Notes: generated from the sequence alone by a model not told the origin. A stretch of DNA of 38,010 bases from an uncultured Methanosarcinales archaeon (GCA_964593285.1 CAZQHZ010000012.1:1-38010); one strand, 5' to 3'. Shown: positions 17,514-28,465, counted from the stretch's first letter. Translations and numbers: made by a program.

Positions 17514-19103
17514 ATGCAAAATAATCTTGAATATAAAAAAAATATTGTTAATGATTTTTTTAATAATGGTATTTTAATTAGTCCTGATATTTTAAATCTT
17601 GAAGATAATTTACAAGAAGTATTTGAAAAAAAAGAATTAATATTAAATGAAAAATTTAAAAATTTTATAATTATAAATAATGATAGTTTAAATTTATTTA
17701 AATTAGATAAAGATGAAGTTAATTGGTTTGAAATTGATAGATTAAAAGTAATGCAAGAAAAAAAAAATATTACTAAACCTTATGAATCAATGGTTAAATT
17801 TTTGTTAAAAGAAAAAGATAAAATAAACGATGAAACTTCATCTAATTTGTACCCATTAGAAGTTATTTCTTCATATGAAAAAGAAATTAAAAAAAAATCA
17901 ATTGATAATTTTATTCATTATTTTAACCATAGGTATAAAGAATTAGAAAAGATGTTAAGCTTAAGACAAGAATTAACTAATTTAACTTCTATTTCTAGAA
18001 TTAAATCAAAAAAAGATAAAGAAAATGTTGCATTAATTGCTATGGTTTATGAAAAAACAATAACTTCAAACAATAACATTATTTTAAAAGTTGAAGATTT
18101 AACAGGACAGGTTAATGTTTTAGTTAGTAAAAATAATCCTGATGTTTTTGAAATTGCCAAAGATATTGTTGATGATGAGGTTATTGCGATAACTGGTGTT
18201 TGTGGGGATAATATTGTATTTTCAAATAATGTTATTTTTCCAGATATTCCATTAACTAAAGAAATAAAAAAACATCCAGAAGAAATTTATGCAGTTTTTT
18301 TATCAGATTTACATATTGGTTCTAATACTTTTATGGAAAAAGAATTTAATAAATTCATTGAATGGATAAATGGAAAAGCTGGAAATTGTGAACAAAAAGA
18401 ATTAACTGATAAAATAAAATATATTTTTATTGCAGGAGATTTAGTTGATGGTGTTGGAATATATCCAAAACAAGAAGAAGAATTAGTTATTGAAGATATT
18501 TATGAACAATATAGTGAATGTGCAAGGTTATTATCTAAAATACCAAAAGATATTAGAATAATTTTATGTCCTGGAAATCATGATGCAACACGGCTTTCAG
18601 AACCACAACCAGCACTTTTTAAAGATTTTACAAAGCCTATTACCAAAATGAGTAATGTTACAATGCTTAGTAATCCATGCGTTGTAAATTTTGCAGCAAC
18701 TAAAAATTTTTCAGGTTTTGAAGTTTTAATGTATCATGGATATTGTTTTGATTATTTTATTGCAAATGTTGATAGTATTAGAAATAATGGTGGTTATGAT
18801 AGAGCAGATTTAGTTATGAAATTTTTACTTCAAAGACGACATTTAGCACCATCACATAAATCAACCCTATATGTTCCAGATGATGAATTAGATCCTTTAG
18901 TTATAAAAAAAGTTCCAGATTTTTTTGTTTGTGGACATATTCATAAAGTTGCTGTATCAACTTATAGAAATGTATCTTTAATTTGTGGGTCTTGCTGGCA
19001 ATCTATTACTAGTTTTCAAAAAAAAATGGGACATCATCCTGAACCTGCAATGGTTCCTATTGTAAATTTACAAACACGAGAGACAAAAATTTTAGAATTT
19101 TAA
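17514..19103 (+). CDS. polB: DNA polymerase D small subunit DP1 (exonuclease)
   Basis: OB fold (VEDLTG), phosphoesterase motifs SDLHIG, GDLVDG, PGNHD, YHG, GHIH, and RRHLAP. Confidence 0.96.
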   Translation: MQNNLEYKKNIVNDFFNNGILISPDILNLEDNLQEVFEKKELILNEKFKNFIIINNDSLNLFKLDKDEVNWFEIDRLKVMQEKKNITKPYESMVKFLLKEKDKINDETSSNLYPLEVISSYEKEIKKKSIDNFIHYFNHRYKELEKMLSLRQELTNLTSISRIKSKKDKENVALIAMVYEKTITSNNNIILKVEDLTGQVNVLVSKNNPDVFEIAKDIVDDEVIAITGVCGDNIVFSNNVIFPDIPLTKEIKKHPEEIYAVFLSDLHIGSNTFMEKEFNKFIEWINGKAGNCEQKELTDKIKYIFIAGDLVDGVGIYPKQEEELVIEDIYEQYSECARLLSKIPKDIRIILCPGNHDATRLSEPQPALFKDFTKPITKMSNVTMLSNPCVVNFAATKNFSGFEVLMYHGYCFDYFIANVDSIRNNGGYDRADLVMKFLLQRRHLAPSHKSTLYVPDDELDPLVIKKVPDFFVCGHIHKVAVSTYRNVSLICGSCWQSITSFQKKMGHHPEPAMVPIVNLQTRETKILEF

Positions 19104-19109
19104 AAAGGA

Positions 19110-22100
19110 GTGTGTATATTGGAAGATATGAAAGAAAGTGAAGATATGAAAAAGTATTTTTTAAAAATTGAAAAGGATGTTTTACATGCTTATGATGTTT
19201 CAACTAGTGCTAAAAGTTTAGGTTTTGATCCAGAGAATAGTGTAGATATAAAAATTGCAAAAAATATGGCTGAAAGAGTAGAAGGATTAATTTCTGCTGT
19301 TGCTCCAAAGTTAGTTGGTTCTGGAATGGCTAAAAGAATTATTGAGCTTGAAGAGGAATATTCACCATTGGACTGGAGAGTTGCTTTAATTATTGGAAAA
19401 GAAGTTGCAATGGAAAAATTTTGTAAGTTTGATAATAAAAAATTAGCACTTGAAATAGGTATTAGAGTTGGTTTTGCATACCATACATCAGGAATTGTTG
19501 CAGCACCACTTGAAGGGTTTATTGAGTTAAAAATAAAAAAACGAAAGGATGGAAAAGAATATTTATGTCCTTGTTATGCAGGTCCTATTCGTGGAGCTGG
19601 TGGGACTGCTGCTGCTTTTTCTTTAATTTTATGTGATTATGTTAGGGTAATGCTTGGGTATGATAAGTGGGATCCAACTAATGAAGAGATATCAAGAATT
19701 AAAACAGAAATTGTTGATTATCATGAACGTGTTACTAATTTACAATATTTTCCATATGATGAAGAATTAGATTTTTTATTAAATAATTTACCAATTGAAG
19801 TTTCAGGTGACCCTACTGAAAAATTTGAAGTTTCAAATTATAAAGATATTGAAAGAATTGGAACTAATAGAATTAGGGGCGGTGTTTGTTTAGTTTTAGC
19901 TGAAGGTTTATCACAAAAAGCTCCAAAAATTTGGAAAAGACTTGAAAAATGGGGAAATGATTTTTCTTTAGATTGGAATTTTTTAAAAGAATTTTTAGAT
20001 TTAAAAAAAAAATTATCTTCTGGAAAAAATAATACTGATACAAAAAATAGTGAAAAACCAAAAATTACACCTAATTATACTTTTATTAAAGATTTAGTTG
20101 CAGGACGACCTGTTCTTAGTTTTCCAATGGCAAACCGCGGTTTTAGATTAAGATATGGTAGAACTAGAATTTCTGGATTTTCTACAGCTTCCATAAATCC
20201 TGCAACAATGGTTATTTTAGATAAATTTATTGCAACAGGAACACAATTAAAAATTGAACGACCAGGAAAAGCAGCTTCTGTTGTTCCATGTGATGAGATT
20301 TTAGGACCTGTTGTTAAATTGGATGATGGAAATGTTGTGTGTATAAATGATATGAAAAAAGCTAAAGAATTAAATTCACGAATAAAAAGAATTTTATTTT
20401 TAGGTGATATTTTATTTAATTATGGTGATTTTTCTGAAAATAATCATGCTTTAGTTCCATGTGGATTTAATGAAGAATGGTGGTTATTGGAATTAGAAAA
20501 ATCATGTTTGGATAAATTTAAAGATTTTAATTCTGAATTAATATTTAACCATTGTAAAATTTCAAAAGAAAAAATAAAAGAAATATTAAAAAATCCATTA
20601 ACTTTTGATATAAGTTTTGAGGATGCTTTAGTTTTATCAAAATCTTTTAATATACCAATTCATCCAAAATATAATTATTTTTGGAATTTAATAACAAATG
20701 AAGAATTAATATTATTAGTAAGATGGCTTAAATTTTTAAATTTAAAAAAAGAAGATGATAAAATAATTAAAGCTATTTTACCTTATAAATTAGAAGAAAA
20801 AAAAATTATTGAAAATTTGTGTATTCCTCATATTTTAGTAAACAATGAATTTGTTGTTTTTGAATATGATTTTGCTCATTCGTTTTTATATTCTCTTGGT
20901 TATTTTAATTTTTTAGAAAATAGTAAAATTTTAAATAATATTAATTTAGATGAATCTATTTTAAAAAATATAAATAATTTATCTTCTATTTTAATTAATG
21001 ATAAAGCGGGTACTTTTATTGGTGCAAGAATGGGAAGGCCTGAAAAGGCAAAACAGAGAAAAATTCATGGCTCTCCTCATTCCTTATTTCCTGTTGGTGA
21101 GGAAGGTGGTAGATTTAAAAGTTTTCAAGCTTCAAATGAATCAGGATTTGTAAATTCTGAATTTATTTTAAGAAAATGTGAAAATTGCAATAATGAAACT
21201 GTTTATACTGTATGTGAATTATGTAATTTTAAGACAAAACAACTTTATTATTGTAGAAGTTGTGATAAAATTTTAACTACAAAAGAATGTAAAATTCATG
21301 GTGAAAATTTAAAATTTAATAAACGAAAGATAGATATAAAGAATTATTTTAATTGTGCATTGAAAAAAATAAAGACAAGGGTTTATCCTGAATTAATTAA
21401 AGGTGTAAAAGAAACAAAAAATCAATTTCATTATTGTGAAAATTTAGTTAAAGGGATTTTACGAGCAAAAAATAATGTTTTTGTTAATAAAGATGGTACA
21501 GTAAGATATGATATGACAGAGCTTCCAATGACTCATTTTAAGCCATTTGAAATTAATGTTTCAATTGAAAAATTAAAAGAATTAGGATATAATAAAGATA
21601 TTTATGGAAAAAATTTAGTTGATATTCAACAGATAATTGAATTAAAACCGCACGATATTGTTCTTCCTGCATCTAAAGAAACCTTAGATGAACCATCAAA
21701 CGATGTTTTATTTAGAATTACAAAATATATTGATGAATTGTTAGTTAGTTTGTATAAACAAAAGCCTTATTATAATTTAAAAAATAAAAATGAATTAATT
21801 GGGCACTATGTGATTGGTCTTGCACCACATATTTCTTGTGGGACTGTTGCACGTATAATTGGTTTTTCAAAAACACAGGGTTTTTTTGCACATCCATTGA
21901 TGCATGCTGCATTTAGACGAGATTGTGATGGGGATGAAGCTGCAGTAATTATGTTAATGGATGCTTTTTTAAATTTTTCAAGGGAGTTTTTACCAAATTC
22001 TAGAGGAGCTAAAACCATGGATGCACCACTTGTATTAAATTATAAAATAATACCTTCAGAAGTTGATGATATGGTGCATGGCTTAGATGTTGTATCAAAG

Positions 22101-22673
22101 TATGAGCTTGATTTTTATAATGGTGCAATGAATTATTTAAAACCATTTGAAATAAAAATAGATCAATTAAATAAGTTTTTAAACACAAAAAGACAATATG
22201 AAGGTTTTGGATTTACCCATAATATTTTTGATATAAATTGTGGGATAAATTTTTCTGCATATAAATCCTTACCATCAATGGAAGAAAAATTAAAAGGACA
22301 AATGACTTTAGCAGAAAAAATAGATGCTGTAGATGAAAGTGAGGTTGCAAGATTTGTAATAGAAAAACATTTTTTAAAGGATATTAAAGGAAATTTAAGA
22401 AAATTTTCAATGCAACAATTTAGATGTGTTAAATGCAATCAAAAATATAGAAGACCACCTTTATCTGGTAAATGTAAATGCATGGGTAAATTAATTTTCA
22501 CAATTTCACAAGGCTCAGTTATTAAATATTTAGAGCCAAGTTTAAGTTTAGCGAAAAATTATAATGTATCAAAATATTTACAACAGTCATTAGAATTATT
22601 AAACCAAAGGGTAGATGAAGTTTTTGGAAGAGAAAAAGAAAAGCAAGAAGGTCTTGGGAAATGGTTTGGTTAA
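19110..22673 (+). CDS. polC: DNA polymerase D large subunit DP2
   Basis: AAPLEG, GPIRGAGGT, FRLRYGR, GARMGRPEKA, catalytic RRDCDGDE, Zn fingers, PIP-like QEGLGKWF. Start may be TTG 19119 or ATG 19128. No intein evident. Confidence 0.97.
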   Translation: MCILEDMKESEDMKKYFLKIEKDVLHAYDVSTSAKSLGFDPENSVDIKIAKNMAERVEGLISAVAPKLVGSGMAKRIIELEEEYSPLDWRVALIIGKEVAMEKFCKFDNKKLALEIGIRVGFAYHTSGIVAAPLEGFIELKIKKRKDGKEYLCPCYAGPIRGAGGTAAAFSLILCDYVRVMLGYDKWDPTNEEISRIKTEIVDYHERVTNLQYFPYDEELDFLLNNLPIEVSGDPTEKFEVSNYKDIERIGTNRIRGGVCLVLAEGLSQKAPKIWKRLEKWGNDFSLDWNFLKEFLDLKKKLSSGKNNTDTKNSEKPKITPNYTFIKDLVAGRPVLSFPMANRGFRLRYGRTRISGFSTASINPATMVILDKFIATGTQLKIERPGKAASVVPCDEILGPVVKLDDGNVVCINDMKKAKELNSRIKRILFLGDILFNYGDFSENNHALVPCGFNEEWWLLELEKSCLDKFKDFNSELIFNHCKISKEKIKEILKNPLTFDISFEDALVLSKSFNIPIHPKYNYFWNLITNEELILLVRWLKFLNLKKEDDKIIKAILPYKLEEKKIIENLCIPHILVNNEFVVFEYDFAHSFLYSLGYFNFLENSKILNNINLDESILKNINNLSSILINDKAGTFIGARMGRPEKAKQRKIHGSPHSLFPVGEEGGRFKSFQASNESGFVNSEFILRKCENCNNETVYTVCELCNFKTKQLYYCRSCDKILTTKECKIHGENLKFNKRKIDIKNYFNCALKKIKTRVYPELIKGVKETKNQFHYCENLVKGILRAKNNVFVNKDGTVRYDMTELPMTHFKPFEINVSIEKLKELGYNKDIYGKNLVDIQQIIELKPHDIVLPASKETLDEPSNDVLFRITKYIDELLVSLYKQKPYYNLKNKNELIGHYVIGLAPHISCGTVARIIGFSKTQGFFAHPLMHAAFRRDCDGDEAAVIMLMDAFLNFSREFLPNSRGAKTMDAPLVLNYKIIPSEVDDMVHGLDVVSKYELDFYNGAMNYLKPFEIKIDQLNKFLNTKRQYEGFGFTHNIFDINCGINFSAYKSLPSMEEKLKGQMTLAEKIDAVDESEVARFVIEKHFLKDIKGNLRKFSMQQFRCVKCNQKYRRPPLSGKCKCMGKLIFTISQGSVIKYLEPSLSLAKNYNVSKYLQQSLELLNQRVDEVFGREKEKQEGLGKWFG

Positions 22674-22993
22674 TTTGTAGATATTTGTTATTTTTACTAT
22701 TTTTCAAGAAATGTTAATTTTTACTATCACTTGATATCAAATTGTGTTCATTTTTGGTTGATAAAAATTATTTTTTTAAAAAATTTATTAAATTAATAGA
22801 AAGATATTTATATCAGTATGTATTTATGGTTTTTAAAAGTTTTAACTTTAAAGTGTAAACAAATATTAACTGATTTAAAGTTATTACCTTTTTTTAGTAA
22901 AAAAACATAATATTTTAATAGTAGTGCTCTTGTTTTATCATAAACTACAGCTAAAAAATAGTGGTTTTTGATAAAAAAGGGGGGTGTAATTAA

Positions 22994-23815
22994 ATGATTG
23001 TAAAAGAAGAATTTTTAAGCAAACTGAGAAGATATTTTTCTTTAAATTTATATGAGGTTAAAATATGGGCTGCATTGTTATCTAGGGGTGTATCTACTGC
23101 TGGTGAATTATCAGATATAGCAAATGTTCCACGATCTAGAAGTTATGATGTTTTAGAAAGCCTTGAAAAAAAAGGTTTTGTTGTAATGAAAATTGGAAAA
23201 CCAATAAAATATTTGGCAGTTCCACCATCTGAAGTAATTGAACGAGTAAAAAAAAATATGAGACTAGAAGCTGATGATAAAGTTAAGCGTCTTGAAGGAT
23301 TAAAAAATACTGATGTATTAAATGAATTAAATTCTCTTCATACACAAGGTGTTGAATTAGTTGAACCTGCAGATTTATCAGGGTCACTTAGGGGAAGACA
23401 TAATTTATATAATCACTTAGAATTAACAATTAGAAATGCAGAAGATTCTGTAATAATAATGACAACAAGCCAAGGTTTAATTAGAAAAATAGAAGGATTA
23501 AAACCTACATTTGAAAAAATAAAAAAACGAGGAGTTAAAATAAAAATTGCAGCTCCAATTACAAAAGAAGCAAAAGAAACTGTTGAAGATATTTTATCAG
23601 TTGCAGAAATTAGACATACTGATTCAAAAGCAAGATTTACTGTGGTTGATTCCAAAGAAATTATATTTATGGTTACAGATGATACAGAAATTCATCCAAC
23701 ATATGATATAGGTATTTGGGTAAATACTCCTTTTTTTGCAAAATCAATGACTGAATTATTTGAAGTTGCATGGAAAAGTTTAAAACCTGCAGAGAAAGTT
23801 CTAAAATCTTTGTAA
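22994..23815 (+). CDS. TrmB-family transcriptional regulator / chromatin protein
   Basis: LNLYEVK, VPRSRSYDVLESLEKKG, GKPIKY HTH, followed by a PLD-like effector domain (VVDSKE); GGGGGTG Shine-Dalgarno. Confidence 0.92.
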   Translation: MIVKEEFLSKLRRYFSLNLYEVKIWAALLSRGVSTAGELSDIANVPRSRSYDVLESLEKKGFVVMKIGKPIKYLAVPPSEVIERVKKNMRLEADDKVKRLEGLKNTDVLNELNSLHTQGVELVEPADLSGSLRGRHNLYNHLELTIRNAEDSVIIMTTSQGLIRKIEGLKPTFEKIKKRGVKIKIAAPITKEAKETVEDILSVAEIRHTDSKARFTVVDSKEIIFMVTDDTEIHPTYDIGIWVNTPFFAKSMTELFEVAWKSLKPAEKVLKSL

Positions 23816-23878
23816 TTTTTTATTATTTTTTTATTTTTAACAAAAATATTTATATAGTTATTTAATCTTTATTAAAAA

Positions 23879-25414
23879 ATGGATATTAATAAAATAATTA
23901 CTTCACTAAGTCCAGTTGAAAGAAAAATTTTTCCAATTTTTAAAACTGAAACAAATTTTGAAGAAATTGTAAAAAATTCTAATTTAGATAAAATTGAAGT
24001 AATGAGGGCTATTCAGTGGCTTGAAAATAAGCAATTAATTAAAATAAATAAAACAGATGAAGAAGTAATTGATTTAGATTTTAATGGAAAAAAATATTTA
24101 AAAAATCAATTACCAGAAAGGCGTCTTTTAAATTATTTAGAATTAAATAAATTATATGAATTAGATGATTTATTAAAAAATGCAAATATTTCAAATGAAG
24201 AATTAAATATAACAATTGGTATTTTAAAAAAGAGAGCAGCGATTGATATAATAAAAGATGATAAAATAAAAATTAAATTATCGAAAAATGGTTTTTTATT
24301 AAAAGAAAAAAATTTTTTAGAGGAAGAATTTTTAAAAAAAGATTTTCCAATTAAAGTTTCTAACTTAAAAGATGAAGATTTATTTTGTTATAAAGAATTA
24401 TTAAAAAGAAAAAATATAATTAAAAAAGAAAAAAAAAGTATTAGAGAAATTCAAATATTAAATTTAGGAAAAAAATTATTAAATTCTTGGAAAAATAATT
24501 TAAAATTAATTGAAAAATTAACTCCAGCTGTATTAAAATCAAATGCTTGGAAAAATATGCAATTTAGACGATATGATGTTTCAATAAATGTTCCAAAAAT
24601 TTATGGTGGAAGAAAACATTTTGTAGATCAAGCGATTGATTATATCAAACGAATTTGGCTTGATTTAGGTTTTACTGAAATGACTGGTGATTATGTACAG
24701 ACTGCATTTTGGGATTTGGATGCATTATTTGTTCCACAAGATCATCCTGCAAGAGAAGCACAAGATACTTTTTATTTAAAAAATCCAAAAATTGGAAAAA
24801 TTGAAAAAAAATGGCTTGATAAAATTAAAGAAGTTCATGAAACTGGTGGTGACACTGGTAGTACTGGTTGGAAAAATAAATGGCAAAAAGGGATTGCACA
24901 AGAAAATTTACTTAGAACTCATACTACAGTTTTGTCTGCAAAAGTTTTATCAGAATTAAAAAAAAGTCAAGTTCCAAAAAAATTTTTTTCAGTTGGGCGT
25001 GTTTTTCGAAATGAAGCATTATCATGGAAACACTTATTTGAATTTATTCAAGTTGAAGGAATTGTAGTTGATTATAATGCTAACTTTTCAAATTTAAAAG
25101 GTTATTTAAAAGAATTTTTTGGAAAGATGGGTTTTCCTGATGTTAGAATTAGACCTGCACATTTTCCATATACTGAGCCTAGTGCTGAAATAGATTTGTG
25201 GCATCCAACAAAAAAAAAATGGGTGGAACTTGGTGGATCTGGAATTTTTAGACCAGAAGTTACAAAGCCTTTGTTTGGAGAAGAAATTCCTGTACTTGCA
25301 TGGGGGTTTGGAATGGAGCGAACAATTATGCAATATTATAAATTTGATGATATTAGAAGTTTATATAAAAATGATATAAAACAACTTCGGGAAATAAAAT
25401 TATGGAGACAATAA
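23879..25414 (+). CDS. pheS: Phenylalanine-tRNA ligase alpha subunit
   Basis: PQDHPAREAQDTF, LLRTHTT, RVFRNE, FPYTEPS, ELGGSGIFRPEV, AWGFGMER; archaeal N-terminal extension. Confidence 0.97.
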   Translation: MDINKIITSLSPVERKIFPIFKTETNFEEIVKNSNLDKIEVMRAIQWLENKQLIKINKTDEEVIDLDFNGKKYLKNQLPERRLLNYLELNKLYELDDLLKNANISNEELNITIGILKKRAAIDIIKDDKIKIKLSKNGFLLKEKNFLEEEFLKKDFPIKVSNLKDEDLFCYKELLKRKNIIKKEKKSIREIQILNLGKKLLNSWKNNLKLIEKLTPAVLKSNAWKNMQFRRYDVSINVPKIYGGRKHFVDQAIDYIKRIWLDLGFTEMTGDYVQTAFWDLDALFVPQDHPAREAQDTFYLKNPKIGKIEKKWLDKIKEVHETGGDTGSTGWKNKWQKGIAQENLLRTHTTVLSAKVLSELKKSQVPKKFFSVGRVFRNEALSWKHLFEFIQVEGIVVDYNANFSNLKGYLKEFFGKMGFPDVRIRPAHFPYTEPSAEIDLWHPTKKKWVELGGSGIFRPEVTKPLFGEEIPVLAWGFGMERTIMQYYKFDDIRSLYKNDIKQLREIKLWRQ

Positions 25415-25418
25415 AAAA

Positions 25419-26144
25419 ATGGCATTTTTTGATGATATAAAAACAATTTTAACAAACCCTAAAAAATTTTTTATGAAAGTAAAAGATGAAAAAGATATTA
25501 AAAAATCAATGATATTTTTTTTAAAAATAGTTGGAATTTATTTAATAATTTCATTTATTTTTGATTCATTAATCCCAATATTATTTAATTTAAATCCAGA
25601 ACTTTTAGAAATAGCATCAATTTTGGATTTAGAAGTTGGATTTTTAATTAAAATAATTGCAATATTTTTTAGTTTATTTAGTTTAGTATTTAGTTTTTTT
25701 TTACTATGGGGTCTTTCATTTGTAATTGCAGGGATTTATCATGTTTTGTTAATGATTTTTGGAACAACAAAAAGTTATATAGAAACTTATAAATTATATT
25801 GTTATTGGTCTCCTATGTTATTAATTTTAACTTTACTTTCAGTTTTAAATTTATTTTTATTTTATTTTCAAAAAATTGATCAAAAATTATTTTTATATAT
25901 AACAATAGGCTTTATTATTTTATTTTATATAATATATCTAATATATTCATATTATGTATTAATTAATGGTGCTAAAGTGTTGCATGAATTATCGACTGCA
26001 CGATGTATTGCTGCGTTAATTGTAATTCCTTGGATTATTATAATATTTATTGCATCTTTAATAATATTATTTTTTATTTCATTTTTTTCAGTATCATCTT
26101 CAGGTGATATAATGACCGGGAATTTTATTAATAATTTTTTTTGA
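25419..26144 (+). CDS. Yip1-family membrane protein
   Basis: ILTNPKKFF N-terminal motif, about five TM helices, GAKVLHELS. Confidence 0.75.
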   Translation: MAFFDDIKTILTNPKKFFMKVKDEKDIKKSMIFFLKIVGIYLIISFIFDSLIPILFNLNPELLEIASILDLEVGFLIKIIAIFFSLFSLVFSFFLLWGLSFVIAGIYHVLLMIFGTTKSYIETYKLYCYWSPMLLILTLLSVLNLFLFYFQKIDQKLFLYITIGFIILFYIIYLIYSYYVLINGAKVLHELSTARCIAALIVIPWIIIIFIASLIILFFISFFSVSSSGDIMTGNFINNFF

Positions 26145-26153
26145 GGTGTTAAT

Positions 26154-26315
26154 ATGAGAATAAAAAAATTAAATTTAATTGTTGGTTTTTTACTTTTACT
26201 AACAATTGTATTAAAGTATTTTGGTTTACTTTCAAACATTGGAATTAGTAGTTTATATGTTGATTATTTATTTTTTGGAGCAGCAATATATTTAATTTTG
26301 AGAGGAATTTTTTAA
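26154..26315 (+). CDS. Two-TM microprotein 1 (53 aa, not in ORF track)
   Basis: GAGGTG Shine-Dalgarno at 26143-26148; MRIKKLNLIVGFLLLLTIVLKYFGLLSNIGISSLYVDYLFFGAAIYLILRGIF. Confidence 0.75.
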   Translation: MRIKKLNLIVGFLLLLTIVLKYFGLLSNIGISSLYVDYLFFGAAIYLILRGIF

Positions 26316-26351
26316 TTTTATGTTTATTATTTCAAACATGGTGATTTTAAA

Positions 26352-26507
26352 ATGAAAGCAAAAAAAACAAATTTAATTATTGGAATTAGTTTATTAATAA
26401 TAATAGTATTAAAAATGACTGGAATTTTAAATACATTTAAATTAACAGGTTTAGTAGATATTGCACTTATTGTAACTGCAATTTATTTGATAGTTAAAGG
26501 ATTATAA
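26352..26507 (+). CDS. Two-TM microprotein 2 (51 aa, not in ORF track), paralogue of microprotein 1
   Basis: GGTGA Shine-Dalgarno at 26340-26344; MKAKKTNLIIGISLLIIIVLKMTGILNTFKLTGLVDIALIVTAIYLIVKGL; stops 3 nt before pheT. Confidence 0.75.
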   Translation: MKAKKTNLIIGISLLIIIVLKMTGILNTFKLTGLVDIALIVTAIYLIVKGL

Positions 26508-26510
26508 AAA

Positions 26511-28163
26511 ATGCCAACAATTAGTTTTAATAAAAAAGAATTTGAAAAAAATTTAGGTAAGAAATTTGATTTAAATTATCTAAAAGATAGAATTAGTATG
26601 CTTGGAACAGATTTAGAAGGAATTAGTGATAATGAAATTCAAGTAGAAATTTTTCCAAATCGACCTGATATGCTATCAATGCAAGGGTTTACTAGAGCCT
26701 TTTCTTCTTTTGTTGGAATTAAAAAAGGTTTAATTGATTATAAAATAAATGATTCAAAAGAAAAAGTAATAATTGATGATTCTGTAAAAAATATAAGACC
26801 ATATACTGCTTGTGTAATTGTAAAATCTTTAAAGTTAGATGATGAAAAAATAAAAGAAATAATACAAATGCAAGAAAAATTGCACGTTACATATGGTAGG
26901 AATAGAAAAAAGGTTGCTATTGGAATATATCCTATAGAAAAAATAAAATTTCCAATAACATATAAGGCAATAGATAAAGAAAAAATAAAATTTAGGCCAC
27001 TTGAGTCAGATAAAGAAATGACCGCAAAAGAAATTTTAGAAAAACACACCGCTGGAATTGAATATAAGAAATTGTTAGATGGCTTTAATAAATATCCTGT
27101 ATTTATTGATGCAAATAATAAAATAATGTCAATGCCACCAATTATTAATTCATTTGAAACAGGTAGAGTTACAACAAAAACTAAAGAAATTTTTATTGAA
27201 TGTTCTGGAAATGATTTTGAAGTTTTATCAAAATGTTTAAACATGATTGCATGTGCATTTTATGATATTGGTGCAAAAATATATTCAATTGATTTAATGT
27301 ATAAAAATAAAATAACTAAATCACCTAATTTAAAACCAAAAAAGATGAAATTAGATATAAATTATATTAATAGAATTTTAGGTTTAAATTTATCTGAATT
27401 AAAAATAAAAGAATGTCTTGAAAAAATGGGTTATGGTTATAAAAATAAAGAAGTATTAATTCCATGTTTTAGAGCAGATATATTACATATGGTTGATTTA
27501 ATTGAAGACATTGCAATTGCATATGGTTATGAAAATTTTAAAGCAATAATTCCAAAAGTTGCAAGTGTTGCAAAAGAAAATGAATTTGAAATATTTAAAA
27601 AACAAATAATTGAAATTTTTATTGGTCTTAGATATTTACAGCTTAATTGTTTTCATTTATCTTCAAATGAAAAACAAAATAAATTAATGAATACAAAAAA
27701 AGAATTAATTGAATTATCAAATTCCATATCTAATGATTTTAATGTTTTACAGTCATGGCTTACACCAAATTTAGTTGATACTTTTAAATCAAACAAACAT
27801 TATGATTATCCACAAAAAATATTTTTAATTGCAAAAGTTTTTTCAAAAGATGAAAATAAAGAAACAGGTGTTTTTGAAAATTTTAATTTAGCACTAGCTT
27901 CATCAAATGAAAATGCAAATTATACTGAAATTAAACAAGTTTTAGATTATTTATTTAATTCACTTAATTTAGAATATGAAATAAAAGAAAAGGAATTTGA
28001 TTTTTTAATTAAAGGTAGGTCTGCAAGTATTGTTGTAAATAAAAAAGAAATTGGTTTTTTAGGTGAATTATCTCCAGAAGTTATTACTAATTGGAATTTA
28101 ATTATGCCTTGCTGTTTATTTGAATTAAATTTAGAAGAATTATTTAAACAAATAAAAAAATAA
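26511..28163 (+). CDS. pheT: Phenylalanine-tRNA ligase beta subunit
   Basis: MPTI start, PNRPDMLS, QEKLH...GRNRKK, SMPPIINS, RADILH..DLIEDIAIAYGY, GFLGE. Confidence 0.97.
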   Translation: MPTISFNKKEFEKNLGKKFDLNYLKDRISMLGTDLEGISDNEIQVEIFPNRPDMLSMQGFTRAFSSFVGIKKGLIDYKINDSKEKVIIDDSVKNIRPYTACVIVKSLKLDDEKIKEIIQMQEKLHVTYGRNRKKVAIGIYPIEKIKFPITYKAIDKEKIKFRPLESDKEMTAKEILEKHTAGIEYKKLLDGFNKYPVFIDANNKIMSMPPIINSFETGRVTTKTKEIFIECSGNDFEVLSKCLNMIACAFYDIGAKIYSIDLMYKNKITKSPNLKPKKMKLDINYINRILGLNLSELKIKECLEKMGYGYKNKEVLIPCFRADILHMVDLIEDIAIAYGYENFKAIIPKVASVAKENEFEIFKKQIIEIFIGLRYLQLNCFHLSSNEKQNKLMNTKKELIELSNSISNDFNVLQSWLTPNLVDTFKSNKHYDYPQKIFLIAKVFSKDENKETGVFENFNLALASSNENANYTEIKQVLDYLFNSLNLEYEIKEKEFDFLIKGRSASIVVNKKEIGFLGELSPEVITNWNLIMPCCLFELNLEELFKQIKK

Positions 28164-28171
28164 AAAAGAAA

Positions 28172-28465
28172 TTATCTTCTTTTTTTAGTTTTTTTAACAT
28201 TAGATTTTTTTTTTGTTCTTTTTATTTCTTTTGTCTTTACATTTTTGTCTTTTGGTAGCCCAATTACATGTAAAACTTGCTTTCCACCATGTATCTCTAT
28301 CATCATATTAAGAATGATGAATAATATTAATGTGTTTGTAACAAGTAATATTGTAAATACTATGTTTGCATTTTCTATAGATTTACCTATAAAATAAGCA
28401 ATTCCCATTGTTAATAAAAACAAAAGTGTAATAAACAATTTGTGGTGATCTGTTTTATGTTTCAT
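28172..28465 (-). CDS. Small two-TM membrane protein with Lys-rich tail
   Basis: Two hydrophobic helices, then KTKEIKRTKKKSNVKKTKKRR. Confidence 0.65.
   Translation of the reverse strand: MKHKTDHHKLFITLLFLLTMGIAYFIGKSIENANIVFTILLVTNTLILFIILNMMIEIHGGKQVLHVIGLPKDKNVKTKEIKRTKKKSNVKKTKKRR

Noticed and set aside
22725..22740. TATCACTTGATATCAA upstream of the TrmB gene, reminiscent of the Thermococcales TGM motif
   Set aside because: Spacing does not fit TATCAC-N5-GTGATA, it is far from the start codon, and short palindromes are expected in AT-rich DNA.
25952..26239. Minus-strand 95-aa ORF
   Set aside because: Antisense to Yip1 and microprotein 1, which have better Shine-Dalgarno and paralogy support.
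26738..27244. 168-aa minus-strand ORF, and similar short overlapping ORFs (1101, 1784, 3217, 3978, 6614, 8306, 11359, 12068, 19873, 21806, 22163, 22522, 23413, 25106, 33185)
   Set aside because: All lie within or opposite well-supported genes and show no recognisable motifs.
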